Assembly (NCBI GenBank): GCA_030141605.1
Contig: JAQGDQ010000029.1
Location: forward strand, 992,001 to 1,056,000
Origin: Tubiluchus corallicola
Taxonomy: Eukaryota > Animalia > Priapulida
Reading direction: 5' to 3'
Length of the DNA stretch: 64,000 nt
How positions within the stretch are numbered: the first letter of the stretch is position 1; each line of letters opens with the position of its first letter. Under the pieces are notes generated by a model. The model worked only from the letters and a program-made list of their open reading frames with translations, was not told where the DNA came from and did not search any database. Below are positions 37,901 through 51,201 of this stretch, one piece after another. The position numbers and the translations under genes are program-made.

Positions 37901-40900
37901 AGAATAAACCTTTATTTACTACACTTTTAACACCTAACTTTTGAAGTAACTTAACTCTTAAAATAGGATCAAGCAAAGTGGGTTATGTGAGTCTCATTAT
38001 AGATATCACAAATTAGTAAATAAAATTTGTGAATAAACAATTCAAACTGAATTACACATAATAAGTTGCACCACAGTCTCAAAAGAGTTTGTAGTAAAAT
38101 AAACAAATCACTTTTGCGGAAGCCGAATTCAAAGAAGTACAAAAAATAGCTCAATCAAACACTGTTAAGATAAAAATTCGCATATATGTTTACTAACCCT
38201 AAATGTACCCCAAAAGCAACTTTTTAAACAATTTGGCCTGGTCCCACTCGCACTAAGATTTATTACAATAACAATGTACCTTACAATTTAAGGTATCCGT
38301 GAATGATAACCAGCAACTACATACATAAAGAGGTACAGAGTGAGCTGAAATACTTGTATAAAATACTTTGTATTCAATAGAGTTAAACGTTGTGAATGAA
38401 AACAGCCATCCTTTAGTTTGTTTTAGTAATCTTCAGTGAGCTCTATTTTTATTTACAAAGTGATGCTAAGATCACGCGACAATCTCTGCTGCCTGATTTA
38501 AGAGATTACGTAATGCTTTACTTTAGTCGACTATGTAAAATTATAGATGAGCTTAAAAAACTCTATTAAGCTATCTCGCAGATAAAAATTGTGCTTTATC
38601 AACTGCCTACCTACAAATAATTCCCATACCTGCAGCTGCGTGCGGTACGGTAGAAAACCGAAACATCAATCACACTGAAAGTTCATCAGCTTCGCAATTT
38701 TAGTTGGGAAATTAACGGAAACATAAGAGCACAATTTGCTGCGTGCTCATAAAGCCATAAGGTAAAGGACCTTTATTCTCAATAAAAGGACATCTAATGC
38801 TCAAGCGTTACATTAACCAATCACAGAACGATCAATGTTATGAGTTACTACGACCTAAACAAAAGCAATCCCTGAGCAGTGGTATTACTGCACACGAGTT
38901 CCTTTAGTTGCAAACATTTTTGAGAAGAATATTTTTATTAATCATGATAGAAAGCAAAGAATCTATCGAAAAAATGCCGTTAACAAACGGAAAAAGCAAA
39001 GCTGTCGCGGGTCTGCAGGTAATGCAAACAGCGTATATCAACTAACATATGCAAATAAAGCAAAAATGCTGCTAATTTTTTGAGCTACGGAATTGTTAAT
39101 TAAACTATAGCTAGAAAACGTTAAACTAAAACAGTGCCTGCGTGAGAATGGTTCTTACGTTTGCAAAGCTGGTACATGAACTTCTTGCACTTATAGCCAC
39201 AAAAATTACTATTTTGTACAAAAATGTAAAGCAACAGACACAGCTGATCTCTGCGGATTTTTCCATTAAGAAAAATATGTTGTCCGTTTTACTATAGTAT
39301 TAAAAATTAAGCACACAGCAAACCAGACATTTTAAATTCACCATAAACTCACGTATGAGGTCAGACAAAATCCAAGACGTCAATCTTCATCAAGAGGGCG
39401 CGTATGTCCAAGTCAGAGGTTGCATAGCAAATTAAACATACTCTAATGCAATGATTATCAATAAATAACGAAAGTATGACGCAGAAGTGGTCTTACAGTG
39501 TTTTAACCTTTAGTGTTAAATAACCATTTGGCTAATACACACGTAACTATCATCAACGTTTTCCAACACTAAGATCATTATAAATACTAAACACGAAGCA
39601 TAGGCGCCCCACTAAACAAAACTAAGAAATCTGAATTCAAGGTTGAAATCTACAGCCGACTACCGTAATTACCTTTTAGAAAAGCAGACCCCACTGTTTG
39701 ACTACCATGAGCCTAGCGCCAAGCGATGATGCAGCAGAAAATAAAACGTGGTTCAGGTTTGTTCCTAACCAAAGCCACTCCATTTTTCAGATTCTATTCG
39801 AGGATGACGTAATGTTCTTCCATAATGCACATGCGGTGATATAATGTTATATTAAGATTAACAAGTCAGTGAAATGTTAATCAAAGGGAGCTTGATTAAG
39901 TGGAACATCTTATAGACACTGTGAAGCATGATTTAAAAAGATATTTTGTGCTCATTTGAACAACCGGAAACAGGTTGTGAATTACACCTGGCAGAAAATA
40001 ACGCTGGACAAAAACGAGCAAAAAACACTACGTATGCTTTGGATGAGGAACAGTAACAACTAGGAATAAGTACAACCGCATCCGGGTACCTGTAGCAGCA
40101 GCATAGCTTCGGCTGCCTAACGTTTGTGCGATTCGTTCTATGATATATACTTTTATCATTTTATTGTCAGCTATTTAGCTTTGTATAGTTCACTGACGGC
40201 CAGTTTTTACAGTAAACCAATCTCTGCATGCAGCAAAACTGACCATGCTAAAGAAAAGCATGGAAAACAAATAAATTAACCATCGAAACTGACAGGTAGT
40301 TAACGCAAAAATTTGTAAAATAAAAAAATTGTATTTATTTGTATTCCTCTAACTCAGTATAACTAGAAATACATTTTATCAGTTAGTATGTACGATTATA
40401 AAATAAAAAATAAATAGTTGATGCCTAACTAAAGTGTAACAAATTACTCATAGGTCTATTTATTTTAACAAAATCACCTTGTTGAATATAAAATCTCTTT
40501 GACAAGGGTAGTTTGCACACTAATTCCAAGGTTTTTGAAACAGAAAAATCGATAGTTTAATTTTTTTCCGTGTTCATTTCGTAAGAGATCCTATTCGTAC
40601 AAAACTTTTATATCATATTTTTCCTTGCCTACGAAAAAGCGCAGAGAACTATTAAGAATTAAGCTAATATCACGAAAGATACTGCTACGTGCGACAATCT
40701 ACGTATGTAGGCCTATATAGTTGCTACTGTGGTTAAACATCTTCCAAGCAAAGCTCATTAGATAATAGACTACATTTATTAAGACTAATTTTCTTCATCA
40801 CTAAATAAAACAGTTGGAAACCTGATAGCGCAAAAGGCATAATATCGCTAGAATTCTGTACATACGCCAAAAGGTGCATACAAACACTCAATGCTAATCC

Positions 40901-43900
40901 AAAACATAATGATACTGTCCAATCAATTTTAGAGCTTGAACTGCTTTGAAGTCTTATTTTGAATGTCGTAGGATGACTAGGAGACTAAAACACGGTTTAA
41001 AGTTAATCAAAGTCGTTTAAGTCAATTCATATGTCACACACATGTTATGCTATTATGCTATCCACAGAGTATCTATACAGTGCTTTATGATGCCTCGCGA
41101 AAACTGCAATAATGATTAATTTACTGATTCCTTGTACAATCATTAATCCTGTACTATCTAACACGTAGTAAACTGGCTACTGACCATACATTTCAGTTAC
41201 CAGCCTAAACACAAAATAATACAAATGAATAAACATACAGACTTATTTTTCGGAAAAAATAACCTACTTCTGAATTTAGTAGAAACTAGTCTAGTCAAAA
41301 TTATTCAAGTTCAACACCATTATCACTGTATTTTGTCTCGGATGGTAGTTTCTAAATAACAAAAATTCACAAAAGCACGCAACAACAATTTCGAAAAGAG
41401 ACGCTCAGCGGAAAAAAGAACGAGCATTAAAACATTCGTTGATGGAAAAGCCACACCTTGATAATAATTCTGCGCACATATGTGAAACTTGCAAGCGAGA
41501 CAAATGTATTTGTTCCTGGAAAACAGCTTCTAAAATGCGTCCAATCAACATTTCTGATAGCCAAACTACAAGTCAAAAATTGCCGTTCTATAATTTTCAG
41601 ACCTTCACGAATCGCTGGTTTGGGTACATTATTATGATACACGTCAGTTCGAATTACTGCAATAAACGTTTACTTAGAATTGTTGTAAACTTTGAAACAT
41701 GTATGTATAAATCTTTAAAACTGGGATATTAATATTTTGGCCTGTCCTTCAACTTCAGGCATTTTACCTTCAAATTCATCTTCTCGCATCAGCAAGAAAA
41801 TCTTTATACAGAAATCTCCATTTTAATTCAATGGAATCGATACCAGCAAAGCAACATTTTTGTAATAATTGCTATTTAAAAATTTCTCATATATAAATGC
41901 GGAGTAATCTTTAGCTTATTTTCGCAAATTCACATCTCAGAAAGGGGGTTTCTTCTGGATAGCGGTTATGCTCAATGTGAAACCTTAAAACTGTCCAGTA
42001 CATGGATGCGTGACTGCTACTAAACTATTATACATATCTGCGTGACATGTATGCTTCTGAAACGAAACAAAATATGCGTTCTTATTGGAGCGGCAAGTTC
42101 TAATCCGTAAAAATCAAAATGGTTTTTTTTTGCAATTCTTTGCAGAGCAACACGTTGCAGTCTAACTGCAAAATGTTGAAAAATAACGAAAACTACCCTC
42201 ACTAAATATTACTAAAAACATAAAAATGATTTCAGTTTTTCGTCATAGCAAATCGCCAATCAGACGTTAAAGCATCCAAGTAGCAGGGCTTGAAATTTAT
42301 GCTTAATATTATCATATTACGTGTGTACTTAATATTAACAAACTCTGACAACGCAATTAAAAAGCACTTTATTACATGCACATGTAACGCAACACTAACT
42401 TCTAAATGAGGTACGAGCATAACAATTTTCATCACGGGTTTCTTGCGTAGTTAAGTTTAGTTACAAACAAGTAATAAACTGCCAACACGCAAAGAAGAAG
42501 AAACCTATCAAAATAAAATCAGGATAATGAGCTATCAACAACTTTTTATTGCATTCGAGGCAGGTGCTGCCGTGCAGTGACCAAACAAGCTAATTACAAA
42601 TTCTTATCATGCGACACGCGCTACATATTAACTGCAAGTTTCTGGATGGAATTCGCATAGAAGACAAATCTGCGTGGCGAGCAGTGATGTACACTTTACC
42701 ACATAAAGTTTGCCAGTGAAAATCATAATAAAAGAGTCTATATTATAGGACGGGAAGTTATCAGAGTCAATGAATCTTTTTTCCCAGGCCAACAGAGGCA
42801 TTTATTATTGTTAGCGGTCAGCGTAAATCATGTTAATGTCAATCACTATTTGTTCTTGTTCACGAGCAAAAATTCAGGGTTAACTACGGCCAGAGGTAAT
42901 ATCGGTGCAACATTAACCACTGAAACTGAAAAGTTGAGACCTGCGTAGTTTCTTACCTGAGACCCTTCGGAGAGCCTTCAGCAGATGCAGATGACCAATT
43001 CATATTCACGCCCGCCATTCGAACCTCTCAGTTCATCCGTTGTAAATCGTAGTTCAGTAAAATAAACTTTTAATTCATAACTTTTAAAAACGTCTGCAGA
43101 TTCGAACAGTTTACATTTGCAGCGAAAAGGTTGTTCTGCATTGGCGCACAATAAATTAGCAAAATAAATAATATTTATATGAATGTACACAGCAGCGTCA
43201 AACGAATATTTCACAGATACGGAAAAATATCAAAATCCACGATTATAAGTTCTTGTAAATAAGCAAAAGAATTTTCAACCTGCATGTTAACCGATTTCAT
43301 GAAAGCTTGCGCACGAAATATCAAAATATGTAACGTCTAGAAAAGAAAATGAATTTTTTGCTGTAAGTTCATAAGCACCAGATGTTCTTGGTAAAAGATT
43401 CATGCCATTCGAAATTTTGGCGAGAATTGTGATCAACGCGAGAGAAATTCCTATGATAACATTCTACGCATATCGTACAAGCTATACTCCAAGTTTTGAA
43501 AGAAACTTGTGCGCAATGTTGTTACTATAAAGATAAAAAATTCTCGTGAGCCCGCGCGGCGAAACACTTTGAACACTATAGTTTTAGAAGTCATTCATTA
43601 TCTAACTGCAATTTTATAATTTCATTTCCAGCGACGTTCATTTGCCCGAGTAGAGAAGTACCTGGATGTAAGAATTGCAATATTGTACTTTATAAGGAAC
43701 AAGTTACAAAAGGTTATTCAGGCAACATCCGGTATATTTGCTATTTCGGTATTTCCTGACTCCATTTGGACAACCATCTCTTTACTTCAGCCAGAGATTA
43801 CGAAACGTTTTCAGTGTACATAAGATATGAATTCTTGATGCAGATGGACAACCGTAAGTCAACCATTCATTACATAAAAGAAACGTAAAACTAATAGTCA

Positions 43901-46900
43901 ACGCAACGCCAGAATCACGCGGAATTTTTTCTCATGCTATAGGAATAAAAGCATAATATCAGTCTTCGCTATTTAAATTTTTTATGTGTTGTTGCGTGTT
44001 ATACATTGCACTGAATTCAAATAAGACTATAATCTGTAGTTCTGTATAACTAATCAGACAGCTAGCTGACACTGCACAGCTAACTAAAAATCCACCTGTA
44101 GAGAAATGAAAATACGACGGTGCAACTCACAACTCCGAACTATCTTCAGGTTATAGGAAAAAAGAATAAAATAGGTGTACTCCAAAAACGATTAAAAGCA
44201 AAACTAATTTTTTCGATTCAAAAATACATCATAGTCACAGAGGTACATTTGTCAGTTACAGTTCTGCTTTAACTGTACAACACATTTAATTTCAATTAAT
44301 TAACTGTCAAATGTAACAGCCAAAATAATAATATCATACGTTAGTAACGACGTCCACAATGAACTTCACATACATGTATTTGATATGTACGTGAATTTCT
44401 GAACGATCAAAAACTATCTGTATTCTTTGCAGTGCGTCGCAGTTTTGATGTACATGTAAATGCATTGTCTATTTTATGGGACCAAATTGATTCATTTATT
44501 TGATTAAAAATCAATAGCTCCGCTTTATTTTCCGATTTACCTACGTCGGTTATGAACTACGCATGCGTGAGAACGTATATGTAGCATGCTCTATGACACA
44601 GTACCATTACCAAGCAAATTAGGTTAGGTCCAATTAATACAACTCAAGGAAAAAATGAGTTCATGGTTACACTATTAGGTCAATGAAACATGTCGCGTGC
44701 TGTCATGCAGTGAAACTGAAGCATTTTATGTCCACTGTCCACAGTAAAGCTTATAGATTAAAATAAATAAAAACTCAATTAGCCAAATTTAATTTATTCA
44801 TGAGTAAACGAGGTCTAGCATCTGGAGTTAACAGATTCATATGCCAAAAGAAGTACGATGATAGAAACGGGCTCAGCTTAACATTGTGACATTGAAATTT
44901 AGTTGGTTCTGATTGCAAATAACAAAACTTGTCAAGGTGCCAGTTTTATAAATATCAAAACCATGCAGATCATTTACAGGTAAAATTCTGAAGTCTCAAC
45001 TTATCCACTTTAAGTTACTGATTATTTAAATTAAAAACTCACTTACAGAGACATTCCCTATTAAGACGTCAACATTCATTGAACATCAGCATTTAAAATT
45101 TAGTGACAGTTAAACACATTAAAAATTCTATTCTGTAAAATGATAGTAAAATGATGGATCATAATTCACTGTAATTCAAATGCAGACTCCATAACCCTAG
45201 GTCCCACTTTTAATGTGATGTCCTATAATGAGCAAGAGAGAAAAAAATAATAACGATAGGTAAAATATTACCTAGCAACATCTGTAATGCCACTTATCAC
45301 AAGGTACTAGCATCACTAATTTACTATAAATTTAGTTGCAATTATTTGCGTTTTACATTGAAAATTAGACCTAGAGTGCTAAATGCCACAGATTATAATA
45401 AACCAATTATTCTGCAATTCGAATGTCGAGGTACATTAATTTAGTTTATTGATTATATTTTAACAATGTATTTTATTCTGTCTCTTAGCAGAATTTAAAG
45501 TCACAAGTACTAGACAACTGCTCTGCCTCTAAGCATCAGATAACCTAAAAATCGACGTCTGAATTTTACTAATTATTAAATGTCTCGACAATCATGCAAT
45601 TAACGTAATAGATGTTAACTAACCTACATTGAACTGCATACATAGGAGTCAATTCTCAAACTTGACGTTTCTCGCCAGAAATGCTATAAACAATCAAATT
45701 ACTAATTTTGGAGCCCAATTTATCTGAAAATTAATGAAATCACTCACATCAGTGGTTGATGAAAATTATCCAGGCCGTTGCATTTATGTGACATCATTAG
45801 TTATAAACCACAAACATGAAGACAATCACAACACTGCTATTTCTCATTGCAGTTTGCTAACTACAGAAACAACTTTCCAGTACAGCAAATGTGTCACGCA
45901 TGCCTCACGACCATGATAATGAATCGTGCGTCCTAAAATCTCCAACAGCGTAGATCTACCTTAAGATTACTATAATTTGCTCTTCTAGCATGCTTAGCTG
46001 CCTCAGGTAACTAGTACTAACTATTATAAATATAGTATGCAAAGTGCACTTTACTGATCAAGGAGATCAATGGCAAACACACAAACAGTATGTATATCTA
46101 AGTCAAACATAGCAGAAAATGAGCGTAATGAATTTTATTTTGATCTAAGCACTCAGCAATGACCTAATGGTAACAACATATAAATTTATGATAAACAAAT
46201 CTTAAATTTATTGCTATTTATTTAACTGCAGTTTAGATACAAATGAATTTACTAAATTATATATACAATTTCTACATCAGTTTATGTATAACTTGTATAT
46301 TCCACATTAAACTATATATTTAAAGGTCCTATGACTCTATTTTTTTATGTTATTTTCTTTTATAGCATGGGCGGAATTACATATTTCTTAACTTTTAAGA
46401 CAGTCATGATGCGTACTTATGTGATGTGATATTGTTACTTAAATTGTGCGCCCTGCGATGTGATATTGGCTCTGCGGCAAATATTACTGCCCGCCATGAC
46501 ACTCAATGCTCTGACGTCACGTTAGGGAGAGCTTACTGAGAAATACAGTAAGTTCCCCGATTTTGCTTTTTTCGCAAGATATCTGTAAGGCGCGAAATTT
46601 GAAGTGTTTCAATGCAAATCAGAGCAAAAGTTTATAAAGAAATGAACCTGTTTTTTTGAATCACGCTAATCAGTAGTAAATTTTGACAGCAAGTGCCTAC
46701 TAAGGTGTCTCAGGATCTTTAATGTACAGGCAATGAGGAAATACAGTATAAATTGCACTGTATATACGTCAAGAATTTTTTGAAAACAGCCTAGGAGAGT
46801 TTGTTTTTAATCTTTAGTGGCAGATATAGCAGTAGTCCTTTGAATCTTGTAGATACTTAGTTGACACTTTTCAAAAGTATGAAAGAGAGTGACGTTTGTT

Positions 46901-49423
46901 TTTCTCAATCCAGTGTAGGTCAAACTACCTCTCTTAGCAAAAACAGATAATACTATAGGAGGCTTCCTGCACTAAATGTCAGTAACATACTGTAGTTGTT
47001 AAGAAATCAATTTTTTACTAACCTTTTAGAAACCCATCCTATCATAGGATTTCACACCCTTTACAAAAAAATCCCTAACCACAAACAGGAATTGCCCAGA
47101 AATTACTTAGGGGCAGAGCATGTCCTTCATGTCTTAACTGTGAGTCCCACATTATTTTCTTTGCATGTTAAAGCATTCAGGAAATTGGAAAATGGGTTTA
47201 TATCCTGTCATAATTAATGTGGCTCGAAAACATCATGTTAAAAATTTAGCCAACATCACAGGAACTCAATGGACAAATGCCGAAATTTGTCATCCTGAGC
47301 CAATAATGAGCTGTATGCACAAAAACATATAAATTTACGAGAGGAAATTTTATGTTTTACGAGAGGAATTATATATTAAGTATACACTACAATTGTGATA
47401 CAAATTACCAAGCTACTGGAATTACAATTTTAGAAAAGAACTTCAGAAATACTAATATTCCTCCTTACTCAATATTCAGGGTGCCTATAACAATAGAATA
47501 AAAATGAGGAGAACGAAGGGAAGACAGAAAAGATAATTTGAAAGTTCAGGAAAAGGTACATATAGAGTGACATGGAGACATTCGGACAAGTCAGATACAT
47601 TTGCGATTTATTTAATGTCTTCTGACATCAGAATTTTGAATATATCTTTAAAGCGTTAACTGGACAGAATGCTTAAACAGGAAGAAAACGCAATGTTAAA
47701 CTATGTCCCAAAAAACTTTCCATCGAAAGTTTTATTACTTAACATTAGGCTTACCTGTCTCAAAGACTTATATAATTGGGAAAGAAAATTTTTAAACCAA
47801 AACCAGACCCAATGTTAAAATTTAGGTCAAAACAATCAATTCTTTAAAATATTGAAAAGAAACATACTATTTTTTAGAGAATGACTAGCATAAAGCAATT
47901 ATTACCACACATGCAATTTCGCAATTTCGTGAGTATAGCAGTAAATTTGAATTTTTATCGCAAAACTTGCCAAGTTTTATTACAACACACGGAATCTCTT
48001 ATAATAGCACTGTACTTAAATTTTTGCTTTTGCAAACAAGCTCATGGAATGTTTTTGATGTTGAAAATTATGTTAGTTTGGCTCCCCTGTTGTTAATTAA
48101 GATTTTAACCTATTGTTTAATTATCAGAAACGTTTTACTTTTTACCGTACTTGAAAATCAGGTAGTGTATGAAAAATCATCCTGTCTTCCTTTAACAATT
48201 TAAAATATCCGCACAATTGGTAAAATATTGCTGCTTCATCTTCCCAGTGTGCAACACTAACTAACCAGAAAACCTATTTTTAATCTTGTTGACAAAATAC
48301 AGCAATTTAAAATTTTGCTTTGTTAGTGTAGTGTGCACTAGAGTTATATTCGGATTATTTTTCAAACTTTCTTCAATGTTATCAAAACTTGTGTCACTTT
48401 ACTTATTGTCAAAACAGCTGCACCTGATGGTCATTGCGGGAGTTTAAATTTTCAAGTTTTATACAGTATTTGCTGCTAACATAAGCCCTGTACTCAATAA
48501 GACAACTTGTAATAGTATAATATCTCAAGACGAATTTGTAAGCTTTATGTAAGGGCTTTCTTGTGCTTTAGCAGATTTTGTGACCTGTAAAACTGACAAG
48601 TGCAAATTGACTAGTGACAGAGGGAGTCATACAACTGGCATGCTTGAAATTTGTAGTATTTTGCAAGCAGTTTTCTGTATATCATCTTAACAGTACAATA
48701 TATCAACTGTTTAAATTATAAACGTACCAGATGCAAAATTAAGTAAACATAAAATTTGACAGGCTACCAGAACAAAATAATTTGTACAAAGATATCCAGA
48801 ATTCATGTCGCATATAGGATAGAAATTATAATAAAAACTTGGCATGTTGGAACCTTGAAATCAACAGGCTGCAGTGAGTTATAATGTAAGAAACAGAGCC
48901 ATCTGGGTAGAAGTATACCTCAATCGAGGCTGTAATAGTAATTACCGAAAAATGAAAGCCTTTTAATGTACAATGAACAAAAATTTAAAACCTACCTATA
49001 CTGCCGTTCTGCTGCTGTGCTCTCTGGTACTAATTTTGCTGTTGTAAAAGGCTTATCCATGTTTGGGTCCTTGTGTCCATTTACGTAACTGGGTTGGCAA
49101 CATGTATTAACAACTAGTGAACGGGTTACCGTTGGCTTAGTACTGCATATATATTTGAGGGGAGATGTTGGATCAGATAAGTTTTGGCAGTCGCAGCACA
49201 TTGTATTACTATTGCCTTTGTCACTGTCTGTGTCTGATGCTCGAGCGCTTGCACTAGAAGAACTTACATAATCTTCGTGTTCGAAAACGTCCGACTCATG
49301 CGTTCCTAAGGCATCTGCCGCGAGCGTTAACTTTTCCATTCTGTTTGCAAATATTTCCACTTCATGTCCCAACTCCTCTAATAATTTTTGCTGCTCCTTG
49401 TCTGACTGTTGTAGTTCAGACAT
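31729..49423 (-). CDS. NADK: NAD kinase (cytosolic NADK), multi-exon gene
   Basis: Minus-strand exons: 49423-48996 (long first) or 43018-42957 (short first), 37840-37757, 37244-37115, 36175-36067, 35841-35756, 35188-35077, 34664-34549, 34298-34199, 33840-33683, 33007-32925, 31939-31729. All are GT-AG and phase-consistent (~538 or ~416 aa). Signature motifs: [94 protein letters not shown]. Confidence 0.95.
32925..33007 (-). CDS. NADK: NADK exon ([27 protein letters not shown])
   Basis: AWVSFDGR motif; ttcag acceptor, gtaagt donor. Confidence 0.94.
33683..33840 (-). CDS. NADK: NADK exon ([23 protein letters not shown]...)
   Basis: Gly-rich conserved domain; ttgcag acceptor, gtatga donor. Confidence 0.96.
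34199..34298 (-). CDS. NADK: NADK exon ([21 protein letters not shown]...VQGD)
   Basis: NE motif; ttaag acceptor, gtaagt donor. Confidence 0.95.
34549..34664 (-). CDS. NADK: NADK exon ([14 protein letters not shown]...)
   Basis: LRSRLK motif; ttccag acceptor, gtaagc donor. Confidence 0.93.
35077..35188 (-). CDS. NADK: NADK exon ([20 protein letters not shown]...)
   Basis: Conserved GSLGFL; tttcag acceptor, gtatgg donor. Confidence 0.95.
35756..35841 (-). CDS. NADK: NADK exon with GGDGT motif
   Basis: [22 protein letters not shown]. Confidence 0.96.
36067..36175 (-). CDS. NADK: NADK exon ([13 protein letters not shown]...)
   Basis: ctcag acceptor, gtattg donor; phase-consistent. Confidence 0.92.
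37115..37244 (-). CDS. NADK: NADK exon ([24 protein letters not shown]...)
   Basis: IQDPAS..LTW motif; cttcag acceptor, gtaaag donor. Confidence 0.94.
37757..37840 (-). CDS. NADK: NADK exon ([18 protein letters not shown]...)
   Basis: Corresponds to the recalled RRTRSLHGPCPVTTFGPKA segment of animal NADK; ttttag acceptor, gtaagt donor. Confidence 0.92.
42957..43018 (-). CDS. NADK: NADK candidate short alternative first exon ([20 protein letters not shown])
   Basis: ATG at 43018, strong AG|gtaaga donor, phase 2 matching exon 37840; CpG-rich promoter-like patch near 43430-43565. Confidence 0.6.
48996..49423 (-). CDS. NADK: NADK long first coding exon ([18 protein letters not shown]...ERQY)
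   Basis: 142-codon open frame from ATG 49423, acceptor just upstream (exon start 49441), AG|gtaggt phase-2 donor in frame with exon 37840. A likely non-coding upstream exon ends at 49740 (ccggaag|gtaaat). Confidence 0.75.
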
Positions 49424-50481
49424 ACTTACAGTACTACACACCTTTTACACAAAAATATCCAGAACAATAACGCCAATTACATTGCTTGTAAACTTAAAAA
49501 CTTGGCATTTTCAATTGTCAGACTGCTGCTTAGTAGTTACAACGCACTGAGTAAGCTACCATTTTATTAAAACTCAAGTGAGTGAAAACCAGGACGCACC
49601 GCGAGGTGGATCACGATAAGTAGTCTTGCACAGGCTACTTATGTGTTATTAAACATGTGTGTTATTAAAGTAAATGTGCGCTCTACACAGTCAGTTTAGA
49701 TTGTACAGAAACACAAAATAAACAGACAATTTAATTTACCTTCCGGGTTTCGAAATGATGTCACGAAAAAAGAAGTGGTTAAATAACTACGTTTTCGATT
49801 TGCAGCTATTAATGAAACATGCTAATTATTTAGGCTTTAATGTGAAAAGTAAAATTAGAAGCAGCTGTAGATACATAGTGATTGCAGTGTTTGTTTAGAA
49901 CAGTGTGCAAAAGCAAAAATTAAAGAAGCAAAAATGTGTTTTTACTCGAAAATACGATCACATTATCACAGGAGGATTGCATGACAAAAATTCATTAGAA
50001 TTAACTATTCTTGAAGTTGTGAATTCATGTTAAAAATCTTCCGTAATAAAAATGCTATATGCTATAATACACCCCTTATTTATTACTATTTAAAAAACTA
50101 TCCAAAGTCAGTTGCAATCGTGTCATGCATGTTCTGTGCTTAAAATAAATTCCGGCCTCATGTTTTACACAAGTTTTTTGCAGCAACAGCTACTATAATC
50201 AGACACAAGTAAGCTAAAATGCTAAACCGAGCTTAATTAAAATGCCATTATTCTGTAATGTTATGTTATTTTACGATAAATCACATTATCTAGTATGTAA
50301 CGAAAAACAGTTATCGATAGTAGAACAGTTACTGCATGATGTCATTCAAAGACTTGGGTAATAGTCAATGGCTGCCTAGCTGGTGGACTGGTGTTGGTCC
50401 AATAACCTTGCCTGAAAAAGAAAATTTGAGGACGCCATTTGGAAGAAAGGTCTAAAAGTTCGGTCAGTTTGTGATTAGAAG

Positions 50482-50552
50482 GGGTTGAATGGTCAAGTGT
50501 GGCTTATAAGCCTACTTCTTAAACAAAGGCCTGTGTTCAAATCCAGGCTCAG
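50482..50552 (+). mobile_element. tRNA-derived SINE-like remnant
   Basis: A-box-like TGGTCAAGTGTGG and B-box-like GTTCAAATCC; shares AGGCCTG.GTTC.AATCC with 4456-4476. No full cloverleaf. Confidence 0.4.
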
Positions 50553-51201
50553 TTTCAGTTTTTTCACGTAATTTTCCTTTGGTTGAAGATTTGTTTCAAA
50601 ATTAATTATAGCGGACAATTCAATTATTTAGACACGTTATTATTTTCATTTGAAGGTGACGTATCGTAAGGACTTTTCTTTATGTTTATACATGAGTATT
50701 TATTTATTTATTTTTAATAAATCTATGAATATTAGTCAAGAGATTTATATGTCTATTAAAAACATCGTCGACAATGTATAGAGAGTAAAACTACAGTTAT
50801 AAGTACAGAGTACATTAGTACAATATAAATACACAAATACGTGCAAATAAAATTTAAAAGTACAGGTAAAAAATTATAATTATAAATTTTATTATAATTA
50901 AAAAATTAATATGCCCACTGCTAGAATTTCAAGTTTCTATAGTTACCAGCGTACTGAGTCACAAGTCAATCTGGATTACCATGAGCAAATCGCAATGTAC
51001 ATGAACTAAATACTGATAATTTAATTTTTGCAGTAGTGCAATTTTGTGATACATCTGATTTGCAATGACTTCGAACGTATGCGTGTGGTTTGATGCTAGT
51101 GAACAAAAAATGTAAAATTCTAAACTGGAGTATTTTCCAACAAATTTGCAATAAACCCCAGAATTAAGCTGCTCGCCAACAATGACGTCAGTGATAATTT
51201 G

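Noticed and set aside
39352-39783. Extra NADK first-exon candidates with good donors at ~39352 and ~39673
   Set aside because: In-frame stops precede the donors in the required phase; at most non-coding exons.
50336-50416. C/D snoRNA-like segment (ATGATGT...CTGA), or an orphan minus-strand exon with a strong acceptor at ~50412
   Set aside because: The C box is imperfect, no terminal stem or rRNA complement was identified, and no upstream partner exon was found.
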